Counted from the stretch's first letter, positions 43,119-54,913 are shown. The stretch: 64,000 bases of DNA from Thainema sp. (GCA_052168235.1 JBQLZK010000007.1:1-64000); one strand, 5' to 3'. The notes: generated by a model from the letters alone, not told the origin. Program-made: numbers and translations.

Positions 43119-43475
43119 TTAAACGCCCAGTTGGCTGCGAATCTCGTCTTCTTTGGCACGAAATCCCACCAGCACAGCGCTACCATCTTTGACAAACAGC
43201 GGACGCTTCAGCAGCATGGCATCTTGGGCAAATGCATCCACCCACTGAGCATCGCTCCAGGTTTTCTTTTCCTCACCCAGTGCTCGGTAAGAACCACCGG
43301 ATGTATTTCGCATGGGCTTCGATCCGAATGCCGTTACCCAATCTGCAATTTGCTCACGGCTGGGTGGCTGCTCTTTGGTGTTAATGAATTCATACTCAAC
43401 TTGATTGTCATCTAACCATTTGAGCGCCTTTTTGCAGGTGCCGCAGTTGGGAATCCCATAAACCTCTAATGTCAT
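43119..43475 (-). CDS. ArsC/Spx/YffB family protein
   Basis: YGIPNCGTCKKA, LLKRP. Confidence 0.93.
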   Translation of the reverse strand: MTLEVYGIPNCGTCKKALKWLDDNQVEYEFINTKEQPPSREQIADWVTAFGSKPMRNTSGGSYRALGEEKKTWSDAQWVDAFAQDAMLLKRPLFVKDGSAVLVGFRAKEDEIRSQLGV

Positions 43476-43511
43476 GACTGTTCTATTGCCTTTTGAGACG
43501 ACCCAGGTTTG

Positions 43512-46500
43512 TTATCGCTGGGTTTCGTATGATAGCAGAGTGAAGACCGCTTCAGCCGTCAATGGTTTGGCAAACAGGTAGCCCTGACCCAGTTCACAGT
43601 CGAGTTCCTGTAGCCAATCAAGCTGTTGGGAGGTTTCGATTCCTTCTGCGATCGCATCTATTTCTAGCTGGTTGCTCAGTCCAATAATGGCCTCGACAAT
43701 TTTATAATTCTTGTCTCCCTGTTGCATGGTGCGGACAAAAGACTGATCGATTTTCAAATAATCGGTCGGCAAGTTATAGAGATAGCTGAGCGATGAGTAA
43801 CCTGTACCAAAATCATCGATACTGATTTGGATACCCAGTTCTCTCAGTTGTTCCAGCAGGCCGATTGTGCTCTCAATATCTTTAATCAGCATGCTTTCAG
43901 TAATCTCTAGTGTCAGATATTGAGCCTCCAGCCCGCTGCGTTCCAGACTCTGCACAATAGTTTGCAGTAAATCAGGTTGACGTAAATCCTGAAACGATAA
44001 GTTAATGCTGATCTTGAGATCAGACCGATCCGGAAACTGCGATCGCCATCCGACAAGCTGTTGGCAGGCGGCCTGGAGTAGCCACTGATCGATGGCGACA
44101 ATCAGCCCCGTTTCTTCAGCAATGGGAATAAAATCAGCCGGTGACACCAATCCCTGCGTGGGGTGCTGCCAGCGAATCAGTGCTTCGAATCCAATCAGGG
44201 TTTGAGAACTGAGCGTTACAATCGGCTGATAGTGAATAATGAGTTCTTGCTGATCAATCGCTCGGCGCAGATCATGCTCCAGATTCATCCGCTTCAGCGC
44301 TTGAGTGTGCATATCTGCATCAAAAATTTCATACTTGGCTCGTCCCTGAGCCTTGGCTCGATAGAGGGCAATATCGGCATCTCGAAGCAGATCCGAGGCA
44401 TCGCTATAGGCGGCTGAGCCTAAAACAATGCCGATGCTAGTCGTGGTAAAAATATTGCGCCCATCAATCAGGTGTGCTGTCTCAAACTCTGCAAAGATGC
44501 GCTCCGCGACCTGCACAGCGGTTTGAATTCCTTCAATTTCTTCTAACAGAATGACAAATTCGTCGCCACCGAGACGGGCTGCCAAATCGGTAGTACGCAG
44601 GATGTGCTGTAGTTTACTCGCCACCGTGATCAGTAACTGATCGCCAGCTAGATGCCCCAAGCTATCGTTGATGACTTTGAATTGATCCAAATCGAGGAAT
44701 AGGACGGCAAATTGATAGTCAGGCAATCGCTGGGTGCGGTGAATCGCCAGTTCTAGTCGATTGATCAACAAGCTGCGGTTAGGCAAATCGGTCAGCGCGT
44801 CATGCAGCGCATTGTGAATCAGTTGGGCTTCAACCTGCTTGCGTTCTGTAATATCCAAATTGGCCCCTACCATCCGCCAAGGATGGCCGTTGGCATCTCT
44901 CTGCACCAGCGCATAGGAGGCTATGTGACGGACATTGCCGTCGGGCCAGATGATCCGAAACTCAATTTCATAGTCCTGTTCACCCGCCAGCGCCTTTTGC
45001 TCCATCGCTTGAACTGCCAGTAAATCATCCGCATAAACTCTGGCTTGCCATGCGTCGTAAACACTGCCAAGTTCATCAGGACGGATGCCGTAAATTTCGT
45101 ACATGCGGTCATCCCAGATCAAGCGATCGCTGACCAAATCCAATTCCCAGATGCCCATGTTGGCAGATTTTGCCGCTAGCCCCAGGCGATCGGTCAAATC
45201 CTGAAGCTGATCTTCGGTCTGCTTGCGTTCTGTAATATCCCGTGCCAGGCCGGCTCGTCGCGTCACCTTCCCATCTGCATCAAATACGGGAAAACCGCGA
45301 TCGCGAATCCAGCGAATGCTGCCATCCGGGTGAACCACTCGGTATTCGATTTCAAACGGAACACCGGGCTGGCCAAGAGCCTGATCCACTCGCTGACGAT
45401 CATCAGGATGAATCGTATCAAGAAACCCGCTCGGATCACGCGTCAAACTCTCGCAACTGCGTCCCCAGATTTGTTCGTAGGCTTGGCTGACATAAAGAAG
45501 CTGGTTAATCTCGGCATCGGTTAGCCAAAAGACTTCTTGAATATTTTCGGCCAGTTGGCGAAACTTTTCTTCGCTATCTCGTAAGGCTTGCTCAGCTCGG
45601 CTGCGTTCAGTCGTTTCCACCACAATAATGCCGATGCCGATCGTCTGCTCAGACTCCGACTTCAAGGGAAAATAGGAGGCCAGCCAGGTGCGCGTGACGC
45701 CTGGCAATTTAGGCGTTTCACCAACGACTTCAAATCCAGGCATTGCTTCTCCTTTACTCAAAACCTGCTGGAATACTTCTCTTTGTTTGGGGGCTAGATC
45801 CGGCACGATATCCCACGGCGTTTTACCAATGTGGTCAGCCACTGGAACGCCATTGATTTCGGCTAATGCATCATTAATCAAGGTAAAACGCAACTGATCA
45901 TCCATGACGCAGATCCCAACGGGGGAGCTGCTGACAAACGTATCCAGCAACCGCTGCTGTTCTAGTAAATCTTGCTCTAGCGTTTTGCGATCGCTAATGT
46001 CTAAATTGGCTCCAATCATGCGCAGCGGTTGTCCTGCCGCATCTCGCTGAACTAATGCATACGCTTCAATGTGGCGAATTTCTCCATTGGGCCGAACAAT
46101 TCGAAATTCAATTTCGTAGTCTTTCTCCCCAGTTAACGCTTGTTGCAGGGCCAATTGGCAGGCCGGAAAATCATCGGGGTGGACGCCAGCTTTCCAGGCG
46201 TCGTAGGTTCCGCTGAAATCTTCGGGCCGAATGCCATACAGTTCATACATGCGATCGTCCCAGACCACAAAGTCATGAACAACATCCCAATCCCAACTGC
46301 CCATGCGGGCGGATCTAAAGGCCAGCCGCAGTCGCTCTTCGTTGTTAACTAGCTCAGCATTCAAGGTTTGCAATTGGCCAAACGAAGCCTGCAGTTGGTC
46401 AGCCATTTGACTAAATGATCGGGCCAGCTCGCCCACTGCGCCGTTCCGAGCCGTCATGCCGGTGACTCGCTTTTTGCCTCGCTGAAAATCTCCTTGAGCC

Positions 46501-46940
46501 ACCTCCTTTGCCGCCTGACTAAGTTGCAGTAGCGGTTGAGCCATCCAGCGAACCGTGAGCATACTGGAACCCGCCGCTAATACCAACGCTCCTAAACCAA
46601 ACCAGATGATACTGCGCGTATTGGCATCAACTCCTCCGGCTGGCAAACTGTCATCCGTTTCCCATTGAGTACCGGGATAGTTGCCTTGAACATTGGTGAA
46701 TAAGGTAAAGCGAACTACTTCAATTCCGTGATGCGATCGCACCCAATGCGGGCTAAAGCTACAGAAATCTCTTGGGACATTGGAATACCCAAGTTCAATA
46801 TCACAAACCGCCGTCTGGCCAGTACGAATCGATAACCATCCCGGCAGTCCCGCAGTCGGCGATATGTGAACAACAAAGGGAAAGATGAGAATATGCCGCA
46901 GGGAAACATTCGCTAGCCAACGACTTGCTCGATTTGCCAT
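43512..46940 (-). CDS. HAMP-4xPAS-GGDEF-EAL signalling protein
   Basis: GELARSF HAMP, PAS/PAC repeats, ARLGGDEF, FEALIRW, DDFGTGYSS. Confidence 0.95.
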   Translation of the reverse strand: MANRASRWLANVSLRHILIFPFVVHISPTAGLPGWLSIRTGQTAVCDIELGYSNVPRDFCSFSPHWVRSHHGIEVVRFTLFTNVQGNYPGTQWETDDSLPAGGVDANTRSIIWFGLGALVLAAGSSMLTVRWMAQPLLQLSQAAKEVAQGDFQRGKKRVTGMTARNGAVGELARSFSQMADQLQASFGQLQTLNAELVNNEERLRLAFRSARMGSWDWDVVHDFVVWDDRMYELYGIRPEDFSGTYDAWKAGVHPDDFPACQLALQQALTGEKDYEIEFRIVRPNGEIRHIEAYALVQRDAAGQPLRMIGANLDISDRKTLEQDLLEQQRLLDTFVSSSPVGICVMDDQLRFTLINDALAEINGVPVADHIGKTPWDIVPDLAPKQREVFQQVLSKGEAMPGFEVVGETPKLPGVTRTWLASYFPLKSESEQTIGIGIIVVETTERSRAEQALRDSEEKFRQLAENIQEVFWLTDAEINQLLYVSQAYEQIWGRSCESLTRDPSGFLDTIHPDDRQRVDQALGQPGVPFEIEYRVVHPDGSIRWIRDRGFPVFDADGKVTRRAGLARDITERKQTEDQLQDLTDRLGLAAKSANMGIWELDLVSDRLIWDDRMYEIYGIRPDELGSVYDAWQARVYADDLLAVQAMEQKALAGEQDYEIEFRIIWPDGNVRHIASYALVQRDANGHPWRMVGANLDITERKQVEAQLIHNALHDALTDLPNRSLLINRLELAIHRTQRLPDYQFAVLFLDLDQFKVINDSLGHLAGDQLLITVASKLQHILRTTDLAARLGGDEFVILLEEIEGIQTAVQVAERIFAEFETAHLIDGRNIFTTTSIGIVLGSAAYSDASDLLRDADIALYRAKAQGRAKYEIFDADMHTQALKRMNLEHDLRRAIDQQELIIHYQPIVTLSSQTLIGFEALIRWQHPTQGLVSPADFIPIAEETGLIVAIDQWLLQAACQQLVGWRSQFPDRSDLKISINLSFQDLRQPDLLQTIVQSLERSGLEAQYLTLEITESMLIKDIESTIGLLEQLRELGIQISIDDFGTGYSSLSYLYNLPTDYLKIDQSFVRTMQQGDKNYKIVEAIIGLSNQLEIDAIAEGIETSQQLDWLQELDCELGQGYLFAKPLTAEAVFTLLSYETQR

Positions 46941-47038
46941 GTGAATAGGCTACTGCTCAGAAAATCGCAGAATAACGTCTACACTTAACCTACCCAACCT
47001 AACGGCTGGCAATCGGCGGTATAACTGACCGTTACACG

Positions 47039-47134
47039 AAGTCCGGTTAAAAACCAATGGTTTAATTTTGTAAAAGCTTTGGCCTAGCCGAACTTTCACA
47101 AAATTAAATCAGGTTCTGATACAAGGACTTGATA
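47039..47134. mobile_element. Miniature palindromic element, family B (degenerate stem)
   Basis: AAGTCCGGTTAAAAACCAAT...TTTAATTTTGT...GGC-cta-GCC...ACAAAATTAAA...AGGTTCTGATACAAGGACTTGATA. Confidence 0.75.
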
Positions 47135-47310
47135 TTACATTGCCCGCTGATTGCACAGAAGAGTCATCAATCAAGCTATTGAGGAACACCAAAAATCTCG
47201 AAATCTCTATCTAGACTAGTCAACCGCTGCGCGAGAAGCAAACCACCACTTTTTTATTTCAACACAAATTAAGGATGTAGAACCACCTCTACACCCTTAT
47301 CTACACCTTA

Positions 47311-47351
47311 CCCAATCCCTAACACCCAGCACCCAATACCTATCCCAGCAC
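47311..47351. repeat. Heptamer (STRR-like) tandem repeats
   Basis: CCCAATC CCTAACA CCCAGCA CCCAATA. Confidence 0.6.
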
Positions 47352-47359
47352 TGCCTCAT

Positions 47360-49309
47360 CTACGGACGAGCAAACTCAGAAGGCGGCTTAAAGTACTGCA
47401 CAGGTTGTCCCGCAAGTGCTCGACCCATAAAGTCCTGCCAAATGGGAGCCACATATGTTCCACCGGTCGCACCTGAACCGAGTGGACTGTAATCGTCGTT
47501 ACCGACCCAAACAGCGGTTGCCAGCTGAGGGACATAACCAACAAACCAAACATCCCGTTGTGAGTCAGTGGTTCCCGTTTTACCCGCAGCCGGACGACCA
47601 ATTTGAGCACGAGTACCTGTACCGCTGCTGACCACATCCTGTAGAACGCTGGTCAATGCTGCAGTTGACCAGGGATCAAGAACTAACTGAGGTTTCGGCG
47701 TGTTATCTAGCAATATATCGCCTTGACTGTCGGTCACCTGCACGATAAATGTAGGCGTCGAATGCCAGCCATTGCTGGCGAAGGTAGCATAGGCTCCAGC
47801 CATTTCCATCGGCGTCAGGTCAACGGCACCCAGCGGCAGGGAGATCACTGGATCCATTGGACTCTTGATGCCTAATGTTCGACAAATTTCAATGATCCGG
47901 CTAACGCCGACTTCTTGACCCAGCTTAATCGCTGGAACGTTACGAGACAGCTTCAGCGCCGTCCGAATGCTGATTGGTCCCGAAAATGAACCGTCATAGT
48001 TCCGTGGCGAGTACATTTCATAGCCATCGGGATAGCTGACGGGTGAATCATTAATGGTGGATTCTGGTGTATAGCGACCGGAGGCAAAGGCTGCGTAGTA
48101 AACGAATGGCTTGAAGGCCGAACCCGGCTGACGACGCGCTTGAATCGCTCGGTTGAACTGGCTTTCGTTGTAGTCTAGCCCACCCACCATTGCTTTCACA
48201 TAGTGAGTCCGGGGATCGACTGCTACCAGGGAAATTTGATCAGCACTGCCGTAGAGTGAGGCATGACCTCGGCGCACAGTCTCTTCAGCAATTCGCTGTA
48301 AGCCTAAATCAATCGTTGTCTGAATTCGCATACCACCCTTGAGCAGGGCATCACGGCTAAACTGATCGGAAATTTCCTGAACGACTGCATCTGTAATGTA
48401 GGGTGCAGTGCTGCTGCGGAACGATTGAATTTCACCGATATACAGCGGCTCAACCTTGGCAGCCTCTGCCTGCTCAGGTGTAATCCAGTTCAGCTCTGCC
48501 ATCCGGCTGAGCACGATAGCTTGCCGCTGCTTAGCGATTTGGTAATCCAAAAATGGACTAAACTCTTCCGGAGCCTGAATCAGTCCCGCCATCATGGCCG
48601 ATTCAGCCAAGCTCAGCTCAGATGCGGATTTATTGAAATAGCTTTGAGCTGCCGTTTCTGCTCCGTAGTTGTTGTGTCCCCAATAAACCTGGTTGAGGTA
48701 CATTTCCAGGATCTGGTTCTTCTCAAAAATCTGTTCCAGTCGCAGCGACAAAACCGCTTCAGCGACTTTCCGACTTATAGAGCGCTCAGGGCTGAGAAAG
48801 AGGTTTTTCACCAACTGCATCGTCAGCGTGGATGCACCTTCAACGGTGGAGCCTTCTTCTAAGTTGGCTACGAATGCACGAGCCACACTGCTGGGGTTAA
48901 TGCCCTTGTGGGAGTAGAAGTAGCTGTCTTCAATCGCCAGGACAGCCCGCTTTAGATAAGGTGAAATTTCATCCAGTTCGACGACTTCTCGGTTGGCTTC
49001 ATCGTGGATGCTGGTGAGTAAGGTGCCGTTAACGTCGTAAATATAGGATGTTTCGGTGGGAACGTAGTTGCGCAGCACCCGCACATCGGGCAGATTGCGG
49101 AAGCTGACGGCTAGGCCAACTAATCCACCTGCAGCCAGGGAACTTACCAACATTGTGACGCCCAACAAAGTTCCAGCGGTCACTTGTCCAACGTCTTGTA
49201 CAAAGCTAAGGACACGGGGAAAGGATGGTTGCGGTGCGATCGCAGATCCAGATCCAGAACCTGGTTTTGGGGGATGAGATTGATCTTGTCGGAGGGTATT
49301 GGACGACAC
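47360..49309 (-). CDS. Class A penicillin-binding protein (PBP1A family)
   Basis: AIEDSYF, GASTLTMQ, RQPGSAFK, SRN, AGKTGT. Confidence 0.96.
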   Translation of the reverse strand: MSSNTLRQDQSHPPKPGSGSGSAIAPQPSFPRVLSFVQDVGQVTAGTLLGVTMLVSSLAAGGLVGLAVSFRNLPDVRVLRNYVPTETSYIYDVNGTLLTSIHDEANREVVELDEISPYLKRAVLAIEDSYFYSHKGINPSSVARAFVANLEEGSTVEGASTLTMQLVKNLFLSPERSISRKVAEAVLSLRLEQIFEKNQILEMYLNQVYWGHNNYGAETAAQSYFNKSASELSLAESAMMAGLIQAPEEFSPFLDYQIAKQRQAIVLSRMAELNWITPEQAEAAKVEPLYIGEIQSFRSSTAPYITDAVVQEISDQFSRDALLKGGMRIQTTIDLGLQRIAEETVRRGHASLYGSADQISLVAVDPRTHYVKAMVGGLDYNESQFNRAIQARRQPGSAFKPFVYYAAFASGRYTPESTINDSPVSYPDGYEMYSPRNYDGSFSGPISIRTALKLSRNVPAIKLGQEVGVSRIIEICRTLGIKSPMDPVISLPLGAVDLTPMEMAGAYATFASNGWHSTPTFIVQVTDSQGDILLDNTPKPQLVLDPWSTAALTSVLQDVVSSGTGTRAQIGRPAAGKTGTTDSQRDVWFVGYVPQLATAVWVGNDDYSPLGSGATGGTYVAPIWQDFMGRALAGQPVQYFKPPSEFARP

Positions 49310-49676
49310 AGCAGGACTCCTCTCGCCTGAACAATGTGGGTTAATCCTAACGGATGACCATGATCAACGCTTATCGATTGCTCAACAATTGTTGATTATT
49401 AATACGACAGCAAACGAACCCAACAGGGACACTGTAAGGATCGCTAACGTTTATTTGCGTTTAGCCACGTTCTGGCACTCTCGGCTAACCTCGCAATTTA
49501 GAGATGATGCTGACAGTGATAGCAGATGCAGATATCGATAATCAGCCAATCAGCAAATCCCCAACTCAGGCTGCAGAACGAGATTTTTGGCTATAGGTTA
49601 ACGCAAAAATCGTGCGTTCTGTCCATGAGTTATGAAATTATAGTTGGGTCGGGCAATAAGCGTTAAAGATTAATCC

Positions 49677-51086
49677 GTGAACGTAAAGAACCTTGATCAG
49701 ACTGCAGCTTCATTGGTGTCGTCTTCATCGAAAACTTCCTCTAATACTGCGCCTACTGCGCCAAATCCTACATATACGTCGTCAATGGCATCATCGGCTG
49801 TAGGAGAGACATCGGTATCGTCTACTACATCGCTTATGTCATCATCTGTATCATCTACATCGGCCAGTGCAGCCATTCCGGCTGAACTGGCATGGATTTA
49901 TCGGGGCGTTAGCGAAGTATTCCCCGATCAGACCAACTCCGAGAATCCACAGGAGAACTTGCTGGCTTGCCTCACCCAAATCGATCGGCCCCTGCGCGTC
50001 AAACTGGGCATTGATCCGACAGGGTCGGAAATTCACCTGGGACACAGCATTCCCGTCCGTAAGCTCCGGGATTTCCAGGATGCAGGCCATACGGCGATTT
50101 TGCTAATTGGTGACTTTACGGCTCGCATTGGCGATCCCTCCGGCAAATCAGAGGTGCGTAAACAGCTTACAGAAGCCGATGTTGCCCACAATGTCAAAAC
50201 CTACCTCGATCAGGTGCGCCCAATTTTGGACTTCGACACGCCCGGACGGCTCGAAATCCGCTATAACGCCGAGTGGCTGGCGGGACTTGATCTGTCCAAA
50301 ATTTTGGAACTGCTCACAACGATGACCGTCGGCCAGATGCTAGCCAAAGAAGGTTTCGCTGAGCGGATGGCGCAGGAAAAGCCGATCTATTTACATGAGT
50401 TTCTCTATCCGCTCATGCAGGGTTACGATTCGGTGGCGCTGGAAGCCGATGTTGAACTGGGCGGCACCGACCAGAAATTTAACATCGCCGTCGGTCGCGA
50501 TTTACAGCGTCACTTCGGGCAGCGTCCCCAGTTCGGTATGCTAATGCCGCTGCTGCTGGGGACAGATGGCACTCAAAAGATGTCGAAGTCCCTCGGTAAC
50601 TACATTGGTTTGCAGGAAGATCCGCTGACCATGTATTCCAAACTGGAAAAGGTGCCGGATACTCTGATCGAAAGCTACTTTGAGTTACTAACCAAGCAGG
50701 ATTTGTCCCAGCTGCCAGAAAATCCCCGCGATCGCCAAAAGCTACTGGCGCTCGATGTTGTCACCCAGTTCCACGGTGAAGCTGCGGCGAAACAAGCGCA
50801 AAAGGATGCAGAAGCCATTGTCCAAGGTGGTGGAGCGGATGCAGCCGCCAATGTGCCTGAATTTTCCCTCAGCCAAGTCGAGTTTCCGGCCAAGCTGTTT
50901 TACATTCTGAACGCTAGCGGTCTTTGTGCCAGCAGCAGCGAAGCCCGTCGCCAGATCAAAGGGGGGGCGGTGAAGCTAGAGGGCGATCGCATTTCGGATG
51001 ACAACTATGCAGCCGATATGCCTGATGATCTGGCTGGCAAAGTGCTCCAGGTGGGCAAAAAGAAATTTGTCCGCCTCGTGAAATAG
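49677..51086 (+). CDS. tyrS: Tyrosine--tRNA ligase (true start may be a later Met)
   Basis: [27 protein letters not shown]-terminal S4. Confidence 0.97.
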   Translation: MNVKNLDQTAASLVSSSSKTSSNTAPTAPNPTYTSSMASSAVGETSVSSTTSLMSSSVSSTSASAAIPAELAWIYRGVSEVFPDQTNSENPQENLLACLTQIDRPLRVKLGIDPTGSEIHLGHSIPVRKLRDFQDAGHTAILLIGDFTARIGDPSGKSEVRKQLTEADVAHNVKTYLDQVRPILDFDTPGRLEIRYNAEWLAGLDLSKILELLTTMTVGQMLAKEGFAERMAQEKPIYLHEFLYPLMQGYDSVALEADVELGGTDQKFNIAVGRDLQRHFGQRPQFGMLMPLLLGTDGTQKMSKSLGNYIGLQEDPLTMYSKLEKVPDTLIESYFELLTKQDLSQLPENPRDRQKLLALDVVTQFHGEAAAKQAQKDAEAIVQGGGADAAANVPEFSLSQVEFPAKLFYILNASGLCASSSEARRQIKGGAVKLEGDRISDDNYAADMPDDLAGKVLQVGKKKFVRLVK

Positions 51087-51096
51087 TGAAAAACGT

Positions 51097-51807
51097 ATGA
51101 CACCAACAGAAAAAATTATTGTGGCGCTGGATGTGCCGACGGAAGCCGCTGCGATCGCACTTGTCGATCAGCTGCCACACGCTTCTTTCTTTAAGGTCGG
51201 GCTGGAGCTATTCATTAGCGCTGGGCCAAGCATTCTCGCCCAGCTGAAGGATCGGCAGAAGCAGATCTTTCTTGACCTCAAGCTGCACGACATTCCCAAC
51301 ACGATGGCGGGTGCCTGTCGCGTAGCGGCCCGGTACGGCGTAGACTTGCTGACGGTGCATGCGACCGCAGGCAAGGTGGCCCTGGAAGCTGCTGTAGAAG
51401 CGGCTCAGGCTGGAGCCGATCAGGCGGGGATACAGCCGCCCAATATGATTGCGGTCACCTTACTCACCAGTATCAGTTCCCGCCAACTAGCGTTTGACCT
51501 CAAAGTGCCGCTGGAGTTGCCCGATTACGTGCTGCAAATGGCGCTGTTGGCCCAGGACAGCGGTCTAGCAGGTGTGGTCTGCTCACCGCAGGAAGTGGCA
51601 GATCTAAAACGGAGCCTAAATTCTGGCTTTCTGTTTGTCTGTCCCGGTGTGCGACCCTCTTGGGCGGCCAAGGGAGATCAAGCGCGATCGCAAACTCCGG
51701 CAGAGACCGTAAAGGCAGGTGCAACGCATTTGGTAATTGGCCGACCGATTACGGCAGCAGATGATCCGGCAGCGGCATTTGAGCGTATTTGTGAGGAATT
51801 GGCGTAG
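51097..51807 (+). CDS. pyrF: Orotidine-5'-phosphate decarboxylase
   Basis: [29 protein letters not shown]. Confidence 0.97.
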   Translation: MTPTEKIIVALDVPTEAAAIALVDQLPHASFFKVGLELFISAGPSILAQLKDRQKQIFLDLKLHDIPNTMAGACRVAARYGVDLLTVHATAGKVALEAAVEAAQAGADQAGIQPPNMIAVTLLTSISSRQLAFDLKVPLELPDYVLQMALLAQDSGLAGVVCSPQEVADLKRSLNSGFLFVCPGVRPSWAAKGDQARSQTPAETVKAGATHLVIGRPITAADDPAAAFERICEELA

Positions 51808-51832
51808 TTCGATTTTGGATTTTGGCGTTGAT

Positions 51833-52834
51833 TTAAGGCTGCTTGGGACACCAGGCTTCTAGTTCGGCGAGAAAGCGGCTGCGTGTGGCGTCGTCAAGGA
51901 TGGCTTGCTGAAAGGCGTTTTGTGTCCAGCGTTTAAGGTCTTGGGGGGTTGCCTGTCGCTCGGTCATAAGTCGGGACAGTTCATCTGTTAAATTGCAGCC
52001 AAAGAAGGTTGGGTCATCGGAGTTGACGGTTACGGCGACGCCTGCTGCATCTAGATCAAAGATGGGATGATCTTGATAGGACGCGACGTTTTGCAGTCGC
52101 TCGTTGGATGTTGGACAGGTTTCAACGGTGACGTTGCGATCTCGCAAGAGCATAACCACATCTGGATTCTGAATGGCTGATGTGCCGTGGCCAATTTGGG
52201 TAATGCCCAATTGCTCAACGGCGACTTGAATACTCTCTGGGCCAGTCATTTCTCCGGCATGAACTTTGACCCGCTTGCCTGCTGTTCGAGCGAGATCAAA
52301 CGCGGATTTAAACTGATCCACTGGCCAACCGACTTCATCGCCCTGAAGGTCATATCCGGCGACAATATCAATCGGTTGCGTCTGCTTAACCCAAGTCATG
52401 GCTTCTTCTACACCATGCGATCGCATCAAACCAACGAATAGGCGGATGGTACAGTCGTGAGTCCGTGCCCGTGCCAGTTCCACAGCCAAACCATCCCAAA
52501 TTTGATGGAGGGACGCGCCATGCCGCTCAGCCATCGAAGGCGAAAAATTAACCTCGGCATAGCGAATATTCTGCGCAATCAGGCTATCTACTACCTCCTG
52601 AATCAGCTCAGCATAACCATTTGGCGTTTGTAGCCACGGATGAATATACTGCTGAAACAGGGCTTGAAACTCACCAAAATGAGCAAACCGGAAGTCCGGC
52701 GAGTACCACGGTGGAACTTTTGGCAATTCGGTACCGTAATGGTGTTGATGAGCGTCGCGAAGAATTGACCAGCGCGGTGCACCCTCTAAATGAAGGTGTA
52801 GCTCTGCTTTGGGCATTGTGGCAAGGTCAAACAT
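51833..52834 (-). CDS. Adenosine/adenine deaminase family protein
   Basis: PKAELHLHLEG, HAGE, IGHG, CPTSN, NSDDP. Confidence 0.92.
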   Translation of the reverse strand: MFDLATMPKAELHLHLEGAPRWSILRDAHQHHYGTELPKVPPWYSPDFRFAHFGEFQALFQQYIHPWLQTPNGYAELIQEVVDSLIAQNIRYAEVNFSPSMAERHGASLHQIWDGLAVELARARTHDCTIRLFVGLMRSHGVEEAMTWVKQTQPIDIVAGYDLQGDEVGWPVDQFKSAFDLARTAGKRVKVHAGEMTGPESIQVAVEQLGITQIGHGTSAIQNPDVVMLLRDRNVTVETCPTSNERLQNVASYQDHPIFDLDAAGVAVTVNSDDPTFFGCNLTDELSRLMTERQATPQDLKRWTQNAFQQAILDDATRSRFLAELEAWCPKQP

Positions 52835-53113
52835 TGTTACTAAGCACCATCATATCAATGGTGTTTATGGTGGCATTTATAGTGACTGAAGATTAGCTTT
52901 TTCTATTTACTCTCAACAAAGCCAACCAAATATATTGCTCTAATGGTCAATGATTAACTGACTTCCTCAGTCAGATAACCGATTGGGAAAATCCTGCCGC
53001 TGATGGTGTTTGTATATCCACATGTCGGAACCTTTGGCATCAAGGTCTGATCCAGCAGATTTGCAATTGCATTGCAACAGAATTGTGGGAGAAGTGCGAT
53101 CGCACTTTCCTCC

Positions 53114-54106
53114 CTACACAATAGGCTCTTCCAGTGGCGGAACAGGCAACTTCGAAGCAGCAGGTGAATAAACAACGCCTGCCGCTTCCCGTACCGTGTA
53201 GAGTGGTCGCCCTTTCACCTCTTCATAAATGCGGCCAATGTATTCGCCTAGGATGCCAATGCAGACCAGCTGCACACCACCGATAAAGAAGATTGCCATC
53301 GTAATCAGCGCTGCCCCAATCAGAGGCGAATCCGGTTCAAACAGTCGCCAGTACAGCACCAGCAGCATCATAATCAGCGCTAAGGAAGCCGCAAACAGTC
53401 CAACATACGTAGACAGCTTCAGCGGCACTCGCGATAGAGAGATAATGCCGTCAATCGCCAGTAACCAGGACTTGAAAAACGTGTATTTGGGCTTACCGGC
53501 AAAACGGGGATCGCGCTGGAACTGAACAGCCGTTTGCCGAAAGCCGACCCAGGAACGTAGTCCCCGTAAGTAACGATTCCGCTCGGGCATAGCGTTCAGG
53601 ATAGTCACAACTCGCTGATCCATTAGGCAAAAATCGCCTGTATCAGTCGGAATCTGAACATCAACTAGCTGACGCAGAATTCGGTAAAACGCAAAGGCCA
53701 TAAACCGCTTCAGCCAGCTCTCTCGTCGCCGTGAGGTGCGCTGGGCGTAGACGACATCATAGCCTTCCTGCCAACGCTCAATCATCTCCGGAATCAACTC
53801 TGGCGGGTCTTGCAAATCCGCATCGAGAATCAGCACGCAATCGCCTTTGGCAAACTGGAGACCCGCAGTCACGGCAATTTGATGACCAAAGTTGCGCGCC
53901 AAGCTAATGTACCTGACCCGCTCGTCCTGCTCTCGCAGCTTGCGCATTTGGATCAAAGAGCGATCGCGGCTGCCATCATCGACCAAAATCAGCTCAAACA
54001 TGCCCGGTAGCGGCTCCATCACCTGACAAAGCCGCCGATACATCTCCGGCAAGTTATCTTCTTCGTTATAAACCGGAATCACGAGCGAGTAGTGAACCGT
54101 GGTCAT
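53114..54106 (-). CDS. GT2 glycosyltransferase (GtrB/ArnC-like)
   Basis: [28 protein letters not shown], two C-terminal TM segments. Confidence 0.95.
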   Translation of the reverse strand: MTTVHYSLVIPVYNEEDNLPEMYRRLCQVMEPLPGMFELILVDDGSRDRSLIQMRKLREQDERVRYISLARNFGHQIAVTAGLQFAKGDCVLILDADLQDPPELIPEMIERWQEGYDVVYAQRTSRRRESWLKRFMAFAFYRILRQLVDVQIPTDTGDFCLMDQRVVTILNAMPERNRYLRGLRSWVGFRQTAVQFQRDPRFAGKPKYTFFKSWLLAIDGIISLSRVPLKLSTYVGLFAASLALIMMLLVLYWRLFEPDSPLIGAALITMAIFFIGGVQLVCIGILGEYIGRIYEEVKGRPLYTVREAAGVVYSPAASKLPVPPLEEPIV

Positions 54107-54230
54107 ACTGTATTCATCTACCAGGAGCGCAAGGGAAAGGGATGAGAGATGTTGTCAATGATTGATGGTTATTGGTTGGCCGATAGGCTGGCGTATTTTG
54201 CAGCGCTTAGCACACCCGAGAGTAACCGTC

Positions 54231-54695
54231 CTAAGCATCCTTTTGGTGGTGGACTTCCACGACGGTGTGAACGTTCCCACGTGGGGTGAAATCGCCTTTG
54301 ACGGTCACTTCTAGAGGATCGCAGGCAGCCACAAAGTCATCCAGAATTTGATTGACCGCTTCCTCATGGGGAATATAGCGATCGCGGTAGCTGTTGATAT
54401 AAAGCTTGATCGCTTTTAGCTCAACCACTCGCTCGTTTGGCACGTACTGAATATAGATCGTGGCAAAGTCAGGATAACCGGAAAAGGGACATTTACAGGT
54501 AAATTCGGGCAGCGTAATGTCAATCGTGTAGCGGCGGCCCACGCGAGGATTCGGAAAGGTAATCAGTTCCCCTTCTGCGATCGCACGTTCGCCATATTTC
54601 AGTTCAGTATTTGCAGCGGCTGCCGCTTCGTCATTTACGGCTGAATTCAGGCTTGGAGACAGATTGGAACTCGGCGAAGATTGGCTCATGGTCAC
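54231..54695 (-). CDS. queF: preQ0 reductase (preQ1 synthase)
   Basis: PEFTCKCPFSGYPDFA, VELKAIKLY, HEE, PRG. Confidence 0.96.
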   Translation of the reverse strand: MTMSQSSPSSNLSPSLNSAVNDEAAAAANTELKYGERAIAEGELITFPNPRVGRRYTIDITLPEFTCKCPFSGYPDFATIYIQYVPNERVVELKAIKLYINSYRDRYIPHEEAVNQILDDFVAACDPLEVTVKGDFTPRGNVHTVVEVHHQKDA

Positions 54696-54913
54696 AACTA
54701 GGATAGATCAATTAGCAAGAAGGGTTTAGTGACGGACAAACGGCTCGGTAGCCACCTGGCTCAATCACCTTAACCAGTATAGATAAGACCTGTTACCAAA
54801 TTTAATGCAGACAGCTTGACGAATCCGAATCCGATTGCTCTAATTGCAACTATTCCACAACAGATTCACAGTCGATTGATGCAAAACGGCACAGTGCTGT
54901 GATTGTGTCTCAA

